The notes beneath the pieces were generated by a model. That model had not been told where the DNA came from, ran no database searches, and saw only the letters and a list, made by a program, of their open reading frames with translations. A program made the position numbers and the translations under genes. From Macrostomum lignano (Eukaryota), in assembly GCA_002269645.1 (NCBI GenBank), contig NIVC01004914.1:1-31655 (forward strand): a stretch of 31,655 nucleotides of DNA, written 5' to 3'. Shown here one piece after another: positions 23,801 through 31,655 of this stretch (position 1 is its first letter; every line of letters starts with the position of its first letter).

Positions 23801-26800
23801 GTTTTTCAACTTTTTCATGATATGCATGAACTTCGAAACTGACAAACTCCTCTGCAATATTGACACTCTATGGTCGGGCACTCAAAATCTACAATCAATA
23901 TTGACAGATCAAGCTTCAATTTTGACAAACTCTGGTTCAATTTTGACAATGCACGTTTAGTCAACTTCTCCTGGGAGAATTCGGTAACAAAGTAATCCAA
24001 TGAAAGCCTGAACGGGGCTGAAGTGAGCTGTGCAAAATCAGCTGATTCTGACTTTGCTTTTTGGATCTACAAGTATTGATAAAATTTATTTTTCTCCATC
24101 CTTTAGACACACAGACTAAAATAGCCTGACTGGTTGGGCTGCAAAGTCTGATTCTATTTTGACAGAGTTGCTTCAAAACTGACACTCTATGGTTTGTGTA
24201 CCCAAAAAGTCCGCTTCATTTTTGACAACTCCGAATCAATATTGAACAGTTAAAAATCAATTTTGACTAAGACATTTTTTGAAATAGATTTTGACAATTT
24301 TTACTAAGATTTCTCTCTTGAGGGGGGGGGGTACTTGCTATTTGGGAGAAGGGGTACTGGCTGCATGTATCTACGAGTACATGTATGGGACTTAATCTGC
24401 CGCCTAGCCTTCGCCGTGGGTTCTCGTACATGTACGTGTTAAAACGCAATCAGTAGATGACGTCATAGACAAAAAGAAAATAAGATTTAGGTTTTAACGT
24501 AGGTGGATTGAAAAGTTCATATACAAGCTATTGAATAAAGTAAATATATTACATCTATGATCACAGGGTAAGAGCTTGTGGGCCACACCTGCATAGAGTT
24601 TTTGCTTGTACACAGTGCCGTAAGCGATGGAAAATATCTATACATTAACAATACATATACTCGTAGCTATAGTAAATTGTACCTTGGACATAAATGTATC
24701 TAGCTATAGATACTGTACACCAACATGTGTGTTACTGTATGCTAAAGTACTGTATATGCTAAAACTGCACTTGGAAATCGTCAAAATCATTTATAACTTT
24801 TTGTCCTATTTTACTCGTAGACATTTGATAATGTTTTAGCATTATCAGCTGTAAGGCCGTAGTTCAGGTAGCTCAGGCAGCTGTAGTTCAGGTAGTTAAA
24901 TTTAAACTTATCTATACACACAACTTTCAGTCTTAATGGCTGGTAATGGCAGTATATGGTATATAAGTTATATATTTACTCGTACGAATCAAAGCAGCTC
25001 AAATCGGAATCAAAACACAGCAAATAACATGCAACAGCTACGAGAGCAAGGCAGCTAGCAAAATACTTGCTAGCAAAATTCCTGCTAGCAGATTTCGGCT
25101 GGCAAACTTCGGCTAGCAGATTTCGGCTAGCACATTTCGGCTAGCACATTTCGGCTAGCAAACTTCGGCTAGTACATTTCGGCTAGCAGATTTCGGCTAG
25201 CAGATTTCGGCTAGCACATTTCGGCTAGCAAACTTCGGCTAGCAGATTTCGGCTAGCAAACTTCGGCTAGCAGATTTCGGCTAGCAAACTTCGGCTAGCA
25301 CATTTCGGCTAGCAAACTTCGGCTAGCACATTTCGGCTAGCAAACTTCGGCTAGCAAACTTCGGCTAGCAGATTTCGGCTAGCAAACTTCGGCTAGCACA
25401 TTTCGGCCAGCAAACTTCGGCTAGCAGATTTCGGCAAGCAAATTTCTCGCTAGCAAACTTCATGTTGCAAAATGAGCATCGATCTAAGAAACGAAAATTC
25501 TAAGAAACGAAGTTTCGCGTCCAAGATCCGCATTCCGCACTCACCCTGATTGGCTAGGCTGGTGACTGAGGCAGAACTTGATCCCCGTGTGCGCCAGAGC
25601 GTAGGCGGTGACGCAGCGAGCGCAAGCTTTCAGCTCTCGTTGGCCAGTCTTTTGCATCTCTTTTAGTCGGACAGGAAATTGGCGAAACAGATTTCTGGCT
25701 GACACCGTTGTTCCTGGCTGGGGTTTGAGATTGATGGGCTGGTAAGAAAGTAATTTTATCCTTAAATCCCAATTCATAATCCTAGTCCTCCATCTAAATC
25801 TCCGGATCCCGGTTAAACGTTCCCGAATCCCAGTTCTGAATCTGTGTACCCCTGTTTAAAATCCCGGAATTCCACACCACAATCCGTCCATTTCATTTCA
25901 GAATATCTGCATTCCGATTCATGAACCAGTCTAAATCCAGTGGATGCCAGTTCAGATTCAGTGAGCCCAGTTCAGATTCAGTGAATCCTAGTTCAGATTC
26001 AGTGAGCCCAGTTCAGATTCAGTGAGTCCTAGTTCAGATTCAGTGAACCCAGTTCAGATTCAGTGAATCCCAGTTCAGATTCAGTGAACCCAGTTCAGAG
26101 TCAGTGAATCCTAGTTCAATTTCAGTGGATCCCAGTTCAGAATCAGTGAATCTCAGTTCAGACTCAGTGAATCCCAGTACAGACTCAGTGAATCCCAGTA
26201 CAGACTCAGTGAATCCCTTCCCAGTTTAGACTCAGTGAATCCCAGTTGATAATCAGTGAATCCCAGTAGACTCAGTGAATCCAAGTTGATAATCAGTGAA
26301 TCCCAGTAGACTGAGTGAATCCCAGTTCAAACTCAGTGAATCCCAGTTCAGACTCAGTAAATCTCTTCCCAGTTCAGACTCAGTGAATCCCGCTTCAGAA
26401 TCAGTGAGTCCCAGTTCAGATTCAGTGAATCCCAGTTCAGACTCAGTGAATCCCAGTTCAGACTCAGTAAATCTCTTCTCAGTTCAGAATCAGTGAATCC
26501 CAATTGAGACTCAGTGAATCCCAGTTCAGACTCAGTGAATCCCGCTTCAGAATCAGTGAGTCCCAGTTCAGATTCAGTGAATCCCAGTTCAGACTCAGTG
26601 AATACCTTCCCAGTTCAGACTTAGTGAATCTCTTCCCAGTTCAGAATCAGCGAGTCCCAGTTCAGAATCAGTGAATACCTTCCCAGTTTAGATTCAGTGA
26701 ATCCCAGTACAGACCCAGTGGATCCCGATCACAAATCTTAGTTCAGTCCCGCTTAAAACCTCAATCAAGCCGTTCTCACCTGCCTAGGCTTGGCCAATTG

Positions 26801-28039
26801 CGATTGAACGCAGCCAGCATGGTCGTAGCTTAGCACAGTGCCAGTCGAATCGCTAGTGCTGTACGTGTGAATAGACAGCTCGCTGCGTGTGGCAGGGACA
26901 GAATGGCATAGCAACTTTTTTATCAAAAGTAATGAAATCGCGCTAAAATTTCCATAGACGCTTCAGAATGCTGGCCCACTTACCTGACAGCGCACAGAGA
27001 GCTGAGAGCTTCGCCGCGAAAGCCAAACGTTTTGACGGACAGCAGGCCGTCGAACTGTCTCAGCTTAGAGGTGTGGTGCTTCAGAGCTGAGGAAAGCGAT
27101 TTTAAAACTAATTAAATCGGACTGCTCTGCGCATTAAGGTTACTTTGTCATTCGGTGTCCTCATGCTACACCCCAATCTACTTGGTCCTTCAGTGGTCCT
27201 CATGCTACACCCCAATCTACTTGGCCCTTCGGTGGTCCTCATGCTACACCCCAATCTACTTGGCCCTTCGGTGGTCCTCATGCTACACCCCATCTACTTG
27301 GCCCTTCGGTGGTCCTCATGCTACACCCCAATCTACTTGGCCTTTCGGTGTCCTCATGCTACACCCCAATCTACTTGGCCCTTCGGTGGTTCTCAAGCTA
27401 CACTCCAATCTACTTGGCCCTTCGGTGGTTCTCAAGCTACACTCCAATCTACTTGGCCCTTCGGTGGTTCTCAAGCTACACCCAATCTACTTGGCCCTTC
27501 GGTGTCCTCATGCTACACCCAAATCTACTTGGTCCTTCGGTGTCCTCATGCTACACCCCAATCTACTTGGTCCTTCGGTGGTCCTCATGCTACACCCCAA
27601 TCTACTTGGTCCTTCGGTGGTCCTCATGCTGCACTCCAATCTACATGGTCCTTGGTGTTTTTAGACCACGAATTAGAGGTCCATAATTCGGATCACACGC
27701 AGGAAACCTGGCAAGCGAGCCACTCACTGATCCCGTCAAAGTCGCTGTAGGCGATGCCGCCGCCATTGTCAATCACTTCGATTAGATCCAAGCCATAGTT
27801 CTGCAGTCGAATCTCTTTAACAAGTGGCAGAATGGTTTATTTAATTTTATTAAAAAATAGCTAATGCTACTTATAGAAGGAAGAAGAGCAATATGCCCAT
27901 CAATACCTATATTAGTTGCTCCAGAATCCAGACTATTCTCAATGAGCTCTTTGATAACGCTCTCGCAAGAAGTGATCACCTGGGCAGAGCAAATCTGATG
28001 AGTAGACTCCGATGAAATTCGTTTGATCTCTTTGTCCAT
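7791..28039 (-). CDS. PMS2: Mismatch repair endonuclease PMS2 (MutL-alpha subunit), 11-exon model, ~848 aa
   Basis: Join (minus): 27907-28039, 27728-27814, 26984-27086, 26780-26882, 25545-25717, 12540-12618, 12125-12237, 11096-11280, 10340-10608, 9117-9327, 7791-8881 = 2547 nt. All introns are GT-AG and phase-compatible. Motifs: [58 protein letters not shown] (DQHA-X2-E-X4-E), ACR, CPHGRP. Start codon and two acceptors are uncertain. Confidence 0.93.
9117..9327 (-). CDS. PMS2: PMS2 exon 10 (linker, SQSPVLSST...RSPPRK)
   Basis: Phase-0 acceptor tttcctccag and phase-1 donor gtaaat; S/A-rich linker; inferred from phase fit, not homology. Confidence 0.7.
10340..10608 (-). CDS. PMS2: PMS2 exon 9 ([15 protein letters not shown]...SPTPICR)
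   Basis: DVNxTPDKR motif; acceptor cctctcag; the donor gtgggt is less certain. Confidence 0.82.
10725..11058. repeat. 29-bp minisatellite CAGTGAGTGCCGCTACCCCTCAGATCCTT, ~9 near-perfect plus degenerate copies (intron 8)
   Basis: Units start at 10783, 10812, 10841 ... 11015. Confidence 0.95.
11096..11280 (-). CDS. PMS2: PMS2 exon 8 ([29 protein letters not shown]...[12 protein letters not shown])
   Basis: Transducer motif [12 protein letters not shown]; acceptor ttcctag, donor gtgaga. Confidence 0.92.
11348..11765 (+). mobile_element. ~410-bp MITE-like element, copy A (PMS2 intron 7)
   Basis: Perfect 17-bp TIR core CTAGATGGGCCACTCAG (11358-11374 / 11739-11755); inner inverted CTACTTTCAGTTCAGTAG; no TSD recognised. 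Confidence 0.75.
12125..12237 (-). CDS. PMS2: PMS2 exon 7 ([13 protein letters not shown]...RILQEM)
   Basis: 113 nt; acceptor ttcaccacag, donor gtgagt; SLLPL resembles the PMS2 SLIPF segment. Confidence 0.82.
12540..12618 (-). CDS. PMS2: PMS2 exon 6 ([26 protein letters not shown])
   Basis: 79 nt; acceptor ttttacttacag, donor gtaagg; phase 2 in, phase 0 out. Confidence 0.85.
12788..13197 (-). mobile_element. MITE-like element, copy B, inverted relative to A (PMS2 intron 5)
   Basis: Reverse-complement similarity along its length, e.g. a 38/38 match between 11611-11648 and 12893-12930. Confidence 0.78.
13209..13522 (+). repeat. Tandem array of a 14-bp unit GCTAGCCGAA(ATGT/ATCT/GTTT), ~22 units
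   Basis: Directly visible; the reverse complement of the array at 25060-25463. Confidence 0.92.
13784..15134 (+). repeat. Putative 5' LTR (~1.35 kb)
   Basis: Begins TGTGA, ends TTACA 2 nt before the PBS; TATATAAA at 13987-13994. The left end cannot be confirmed without a 3' LTR. Confidence 0.5.
15137..15155 (+). promoter_or_regulatory. Primer binding site complementary to the tRNA-Leu 3' end
   Basis: TGGTGGCAGCGGTGGGATT is the reverse complement of AAUCCCACCGCUGCCACCA, the tRNA-Leu(AAG-type) 3' end as recalled; it directly follows ...TTTTACA-AC. Confidence 0.85.
15210..16355 (+). CDS. gag: Gypsy Gag (capsid-like domain plus CX2CX4HX4C zinc knuckle), open frame, 381 aa from ATG 15210
   Basis: Capsid-like segment [32 protein letters not shown]; knuckle [14 protein letters not shown]. 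Confidence 0.88.
   Translation: MDNPLNNLIEALTEQLHQRLEIRQPTRHVKIQKFTPNQDVRVWIAALEQRCEIEGIPRDQFKQEIMLNSDLGTTFASVKCMNLPDYLTYEEFKARLIERFGKLGSTAEFREEFRMRHHRKTETIDEFADSLIELAANAFPHFTEEQVQVEIVEQFIRNARITPESREKLILAQVATLQEARRTLRRIETAFSMSHKVNKEPVCRTTRNEDELKFTEFMQQQQAELQQQRKLLQELLNDRDARRRSERWRADDRQPQQADLRRDYGFQYRQQRGMSRDRRDRSSYQREPSQERRYYLPQAQGDRYAPRDRREVNAAGQRRSTDQAGQMPTQPRQVVCFNCGVPGHVVRECREPNRNQPQAPKAGSQPKVNFRQPGNAEGRAV
16328..16334 (+). promoter_or_regulatory. -1 ribosomal frameshift slippery heptamer G GGA AAC (gag to pol)
   Basis: X XXY YYZ correctly phased in the gag frame; the -1 frame is open into the protease. Confidence 0.65.
16328..18735 (+). pseudogene. pol: Gypsy pol pseudogene: aspartic protease, RT, RNase H; integrase deleted
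   Basis: LLDTGST protease; [23 protein letters not shown]; VLDTDSS and TDHKAI RNase H. In-frame TAA at 16709-16711 and a 1-bp deletion near 17448 (restored read: [19 protein letters not shown]). Confidence 0.9.
18732..20195 (+). pseudogene. Gypsy downstream tail ORF (~385 aa restored; Pro/Ser/Gln-rich, then acidic, then basic)
   Basis: One frame throughout, interrupted only by TAG at 19230-19232 and a 306-nt MITE+TSD insertion; HYNLR motif near the end. Confidence 0.6.
19373..19670. mobile_element. 298-bp non-autonomous DNA transposon (MITE), hAT- or P-type
   Basis: Perfect 14-bp TIRs CATACATGCGCAAC / GTTGCGCATGTATG; 8-bp TSD TTAGTCAA at 19365-19372 and 19671-19678. Confidence 0.9.
21856..23184 (+). 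pseudogene. MULE/Mutator-family transposase, frameshifted at the N-terminus
   Basis: [29 protein letters not shown] (CxxH) and [10 protein letters not shown] give a complete DDE set. The true N-terminus is probably in another frame (21926-22050, HSHTHGP...[10 protein letters not shown]). No adjacent TIRs found. Confidence 0.88.
25060..25463 (-). repeat. Inverted copy of the same 14-bp array, ~28 units
   Basis: (A/C)TTCGGCTAGCA.. units; shares outer ATGAA.TTTGCTAGC and inner GGAATTTTGCTAGC....ATTTTGCTAGC ends with the left array. Confidence 0.92.
25545..25717 (-). CDS. PMS2: PMS2 exon 5 ([21 protein letters not shown]...HQPSQS); alternative in-frame acceptor gives a start at 25738
   Basis: GTTV..LF...PVR motif; phase-2 donor gtgagt. 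Confidence 0.88.
25940..26730. repeat. ~20-22-bp degenerate minisatellite CAGTGAATCCCAGTTCAGA(C/T)T (intron 4)
   Basis: Dozens of visible imperfect tandem units. Confidence 0.9.
26780..26882 (-). CDS. PMS2: PMS2 exon 4 ([34 protein letters not shown])
   Basis: 103 nt; acceptor acacgcag, donor gtgaga; resembles the PMS2 G-x-x-L-x-F-D-H-x-G segment; phases fit both neighbours. Confidence 0.88.
26984..27086 (-). CDS. PMS2: PMS2 exon 3 (TLKHHTSKL...[16 protein letters not shown])
   Basis: 103 nt; acceptor ttcctcag, donor gtaagt; GFRGEAL motif. Confidence 0.93.
27153..27660. repeat. ~39-bp minisatellite GTCCTCATGCTACACCCCAATCTACTTGGCCCTTCGGTG, ~13 copies (intron 2)
   Basis: Visible directly; explains the 13-aa periodic spurious ORFs. 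Confidence 0.95.
27728..27814 (-). CDS. PMS2: PMS2 exon 2 ([29 protein letters not shown])
   Basis: 87 nt; acceptor ttaaag, donor gtgagt; DNGxG ATP-binding motif. Confidence 0.92.
27907..28039 (-). CDS. PMS2: PMS2 exon 1 (MDKEIKR...DSGATNI); an in-frame upstream ATG at 28084 is an alternative start
   Basis: MutL N-terminal motif [27 protein letters not shown]; phase-1 donor G|GTATTG. Confidence 0.88.
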
Positions 28040-29884
28040 TGTTTGTCTGTCTGAAAGTAGCCCATGCTTATGCTTTGTTGTCATATTTTCTTAAGTAAAA
28101 AATACATTAAAACCTATAATTAGTCATTAAGAATTTTGTTCTAATTTTGATAATAAAAAATATTTTTTATTCTAAAAACTTGTATAGTAGCTTAATAACA
28201 AAGGACATACTTAACCAAGTCACTAAAGATGAATTTTTATAAAGCATTAAAAAGATCAAACATGATCAGAGCCAGTTTAGCTAGCACAATGAGGACCCGC
28301 TGAGACCCAACTCCGGCGTTTTTCAAACTGTCAGTGTAACTTCAGCCCGCATTTTCACACGATTTTCATAATCGAACCGAAATATACACGAATTTTCTCC
28401 GACTTTCGCTCGTTAGTTAGGTCGATGAAACACAGACAAAAGTCTGAGTTGTTTTGGGTCGAATTTTTACCGACATTTTCTCGATTTTCACCAAATTTTG
28501 TCTGAGAAAAGTCGGTTGAAGTTCGGCGCAGTGTTGGCACGATTTCCACGTACATTTCCCTGATTTTCACGCTCTGGAATAGCGTCTAAAGAAAAAATAT
28601 TTTCACGTCCATGTTCTGTGTTATGTCTATGTTTCTTGGCCTTTTTGCTTTTGGAACGCATTCCAGCAGGCTGGTGGACTTGCGCGGACGATGCATCGGC
28701 GGCGGCGACGCTCTGTACATCGGCGGGGCTCCCGCAGCCCACCGGAGTAACGGCCGCGGTCCGTGCCGCCGCGGCCCTGCATTAGGGGCCTTCGCGGATG
28801 GAAGCCTCTCTGTCATAGCCGCCCCTTTCGCCACGTCTTGGCCTCTCGCTCTTGCTCTTCCACCATTCGCTTAATTATCAGCCTCCATTGTCCGGGGCTC
28901 TTTGTGCGTTCTGGATCGTCATTGACACAGACGACAACCTGATCGACTGGCTCTGGTTTAATTAATTTACACTGATTCACGGATTTCTGAGTTACGCAGA
29001 AAGGCTTAAGGCTTCATTGTTTTATGGCAAATTATTTTATTGCTAATTATTATATATTGGCATGTCGCTTTATGGTTATAAATGAATATTCTTGCACTGC
29101 AGTGTGTGTATCATTAGGTGTATTTTTCAGGGCTTTATAGGCCTATCTTTTACCCGCTGAAAAAATGTGCTGTTTCTTCGGCATCCATCTTATGCAGCAA
29201 TTCAATACCGACAAGAGAGCCCCCAATCTTCTTGGCTAATTTACAGATCGTTCTGGAACAACTGGAACAGGGCAATAAGCGTAGCGATTTCTTTGCTTAC
29301 GCGGACGCGTCTGTACTTAACAAGCCTCGACCGCAGACTCGGGCCGATGGTCAGACGCAGGGCGAGATGCAGGGCAAGACGTCAGATGAGCATCCGGCAT
29401 CAATTGTGTATGCGTGCAAGTGCCACTTGGAACGACGACGCTTTTGTTACCAGCACTGGTAACCAACTTAATGATTTTGCTTTAAATTTTTGCCGATTTG
29501 TAACTTTTTGAAATTAAGTGATTTTCCGTTGCACCTTGTACTTTTGTATATAAAAACTGGCATTTTGATCTGTATTGCCAATTCGGCTTCAGCTAAATAC
29601 TAAAAGGATTCTGTAAAGCGAGTTCGCTGCGTGAGTTGTTGTTTTTCGAGTCAGGACAACTGGATTCGTGGAATATATTTTGTAAATTTTATTGCCTTGA
29701 TTTGAACACTTTGTTTCAGACAATTTGTATATTCGCCATCGTATTTTTTTTAACTGCAGCTCTATATATCCATCCGCATGTGTAAATGTGTACATTTTCC
29801 ACACCAATTGTTACAGTCTTCAAGCACATTTGCCTCAGAGATGCCACCTAAGGTTGCAGAATCTTACTGATTGTCCAGTTTAAG

Positions 29885-30444
29885 ATGGGTAAGCAGCAGT
29901 GCACCATTGTCAACGATGAACATGTATTTCATGATGCCGTCGATCTGGACGACGGGTTTCGGACTATTGAGCAAGTGGTTTCCGTAGCCAGATCCAACAA
30001 AAAGAACGCGGTGCGAAATCCGGCCAAGGGCCCCTATGTCAGCATGGATCAGGCCCGGAAGTACCTGAAGCTCTGCCATGCCAGTAAAGAGCCGGAGGAA
30101 TTAAAGGAACATCTGCATAGTGCATGCGCAGCTGCGCAGAGTGCGTCAGGAAGGACAAGCAACTTAAAAAGTAGAAGAGCGAACGCTGGCTCTGTGTCAG
30201 GAACAGGACAAAGCGCCGAAGCAGCTCGAAGAGCGAGATTGCGCATTAAAAGCCCTTTGAGAGTGCATCTTCGCGACTTCAGGAGCAGCTGACGGACGCC
30301 AAAGTGCAAGCTGTGCAGATGAAGCGGCGCGCTTTGTTGTCTGTCGCTGCGCGCCATAACTTCTGGGCTAAAGATGAATGCAGCGATGATGACGGCGAAG
30401 ACTGCGAGAATGCTGCGCGCACTAGACATCAAGTCGCCAATTAA
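29885..30444 (+). pseudogene. Unidentified disrupted ORF (~185 codons if a 1-bp deletion near 30250 is restored)
   Basis: ORF 29885-30292 continues in the -1 frame (IK|KPFESASSRLQEQL...DECSDDDGEDCE) to TAA at 30442-30444; no family recognised. Confidence 0.35.
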
Positions 30445-30471
30445 AAATCACCTGCCGGTTGAAATCTAACA

Positions 30472-30942
30472 ATGACCGCGTTCTCGCCCCACTATCTGCG
30501 GCTTTTCGAGATGCAGGTAATGGAGCATAAATTAAAGTATTCCAATGCTTTGTATGTCAAATATATTTTCCAAGATAAAATAGAAATAAAAATGTGCAGA
30601 TTTTATATGCCCGCGTTTTTTTTTCGGACACAATGCATGTAGGTGCAATCTATGGACTGTAGGTTCATTCAGAGTCAAATAGACGAATGCAAGCGTTGCG
30701 AGGACGTCAACGTGTCTACTAAACTTCTTGAAAGTCTGTTGCGCTTCGCACTCTTCAGTGAGGAGGAGCTGCAAGAGACTTCGTTTACCAGTCGTAGCTC
30801 TGGCGACAAAGTTCGGCTGCCTGCGGACGGCAACAAACTTGATGTTATAATTCAACACCTGTCAAACAACGATGTAAAGGTACCTCTCGCCCACCTTCAG
30901 CGCACTTACACACGGCATGTTGTGATGCCAAATGGTAGTTGA
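30472..30942 (+). pseudogene. BEN-domain-like protein, two-exon model (30472-30516 + 30643-), with a frameshift near 30906
   Basis: CAG|gtaatg...atgtag|GTG phase-0 intron; LLESLLRFALFSEEELQETSFTSRSSGDKVRLPADGNKLDVIIQHL resembles the BEN core; the -1 frame supplies LHTACCDAK. Confidence 0.55.
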
Positions 30943-31655
30943 AGCGTCAGGCTGGAGGACGTGCAATTGCCAAGAGCACAGCCAAAGCAGCCAAGCTGCC
31001 CCAAGCCCAACAAGGCGATCCATCGCCAATGCTACTGCTGCCGCTGCTAGCCCGGACGAAGCTTAATTTGAGCAAGAATTTGGTGCTGTAGTGCCATACT
31101 TTAGATCCACGATGCAGGGATTTGTTCACAGCTACGAACTACTTTCGTTGTTTGATATTTGATCCTGCCTTTTTAATTCATTGAATGAATTTTCTAGCAT
31201 TAAAAGTCTACAGGGTCAGACATGCACTAAAAGTATAAGAAAAGATTACAATTCTCTGGCAACTAACAGCAGATTCTTTAATTGAATTTGGCTCCATTCA
31301 GCTTAGCTTAAGCATCAGTGCTTCAGGGACAGGGTTTAGCTAATTGTATTGCTTTATACTGGCCTTCAATGTTAGTTACCATGCTGCATACAGTATTGTA
31401 AATTATATTTGTTTAATTGCATGGATATCATAGGACAAAAGTTAGTGACAATCATTTATCATTGATTTTTTGCACATGCCTTTATGTCATACTCATGACT
31501 GGTCCCTAGCTAGCTAAAATTTGAGCCAATGGTACCAAATTCCCAACAATATGAAAATTGAGAATAAATTGACCCATTTTTTTCTTATTTTTAAGTTGGG
31601 TCCCAATAGGAATATTTGTAGGCTACAATATAGCTATACAATGTGCATATGGATA

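Noticed and set aside
20570-25060. 3' LTR of the Gypsy element
   Set aside because: No sequence matching 13784-15134 was seen here or elsewhere in the window
13200-25470. A confirmed single 12-kb foldback element
   Set aside because: Flanks differ (CGGGTCT vs GTTGCAA), there is no 8-10-bp TSD, and similarity does not extend beyond the arrays; kept only as a hypothesis
26296-27750. Periodic ORFs ([29 protein letters not shown])
   Set aside because: Translation by-products of intronic minisatellites, antisense to PMS2

Overview
Repeat-rich eukaryotic (animal-like) genomic DNA; the taxon cannot be determined from sequence alone. The backbone is a minus-strand PMS2 (MutL-family) gene that I reconstruct by hand as 11 exons from 28039 to 7791 (~848 aa), with intact GHKL ATPase and endonuclease motifs. 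Its 12.9-kb intron 5 (12619-25544) holds a decayed Ty3/Gypsy element with a tRNA-Leu PBS, gag, a G GGA AAC slippery site and PR-RT-RNase H. That element lacks an integrase and a 3' LTR, and its long disordered tail ORF is split by a 298-bp hAT/P-type MITE. The same intron holds a frameshifted MULE transposase, and two inverted arrays of one 14-bp unit bracket the whole TE cluster. An inverted MITE pair flanks exons 6-7, and three other introns each carry a different minisatellite. Downstream of PMS2 (1-7000) lie satellites and layered tandem duplications, including an apparently perfect 1301-bp one. Upstream, head-to-head with PMS2, are disrupted plus-strand exons ending in a BEN-like domain. 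All alignments, folds and family calls were made by eye, with no database search.
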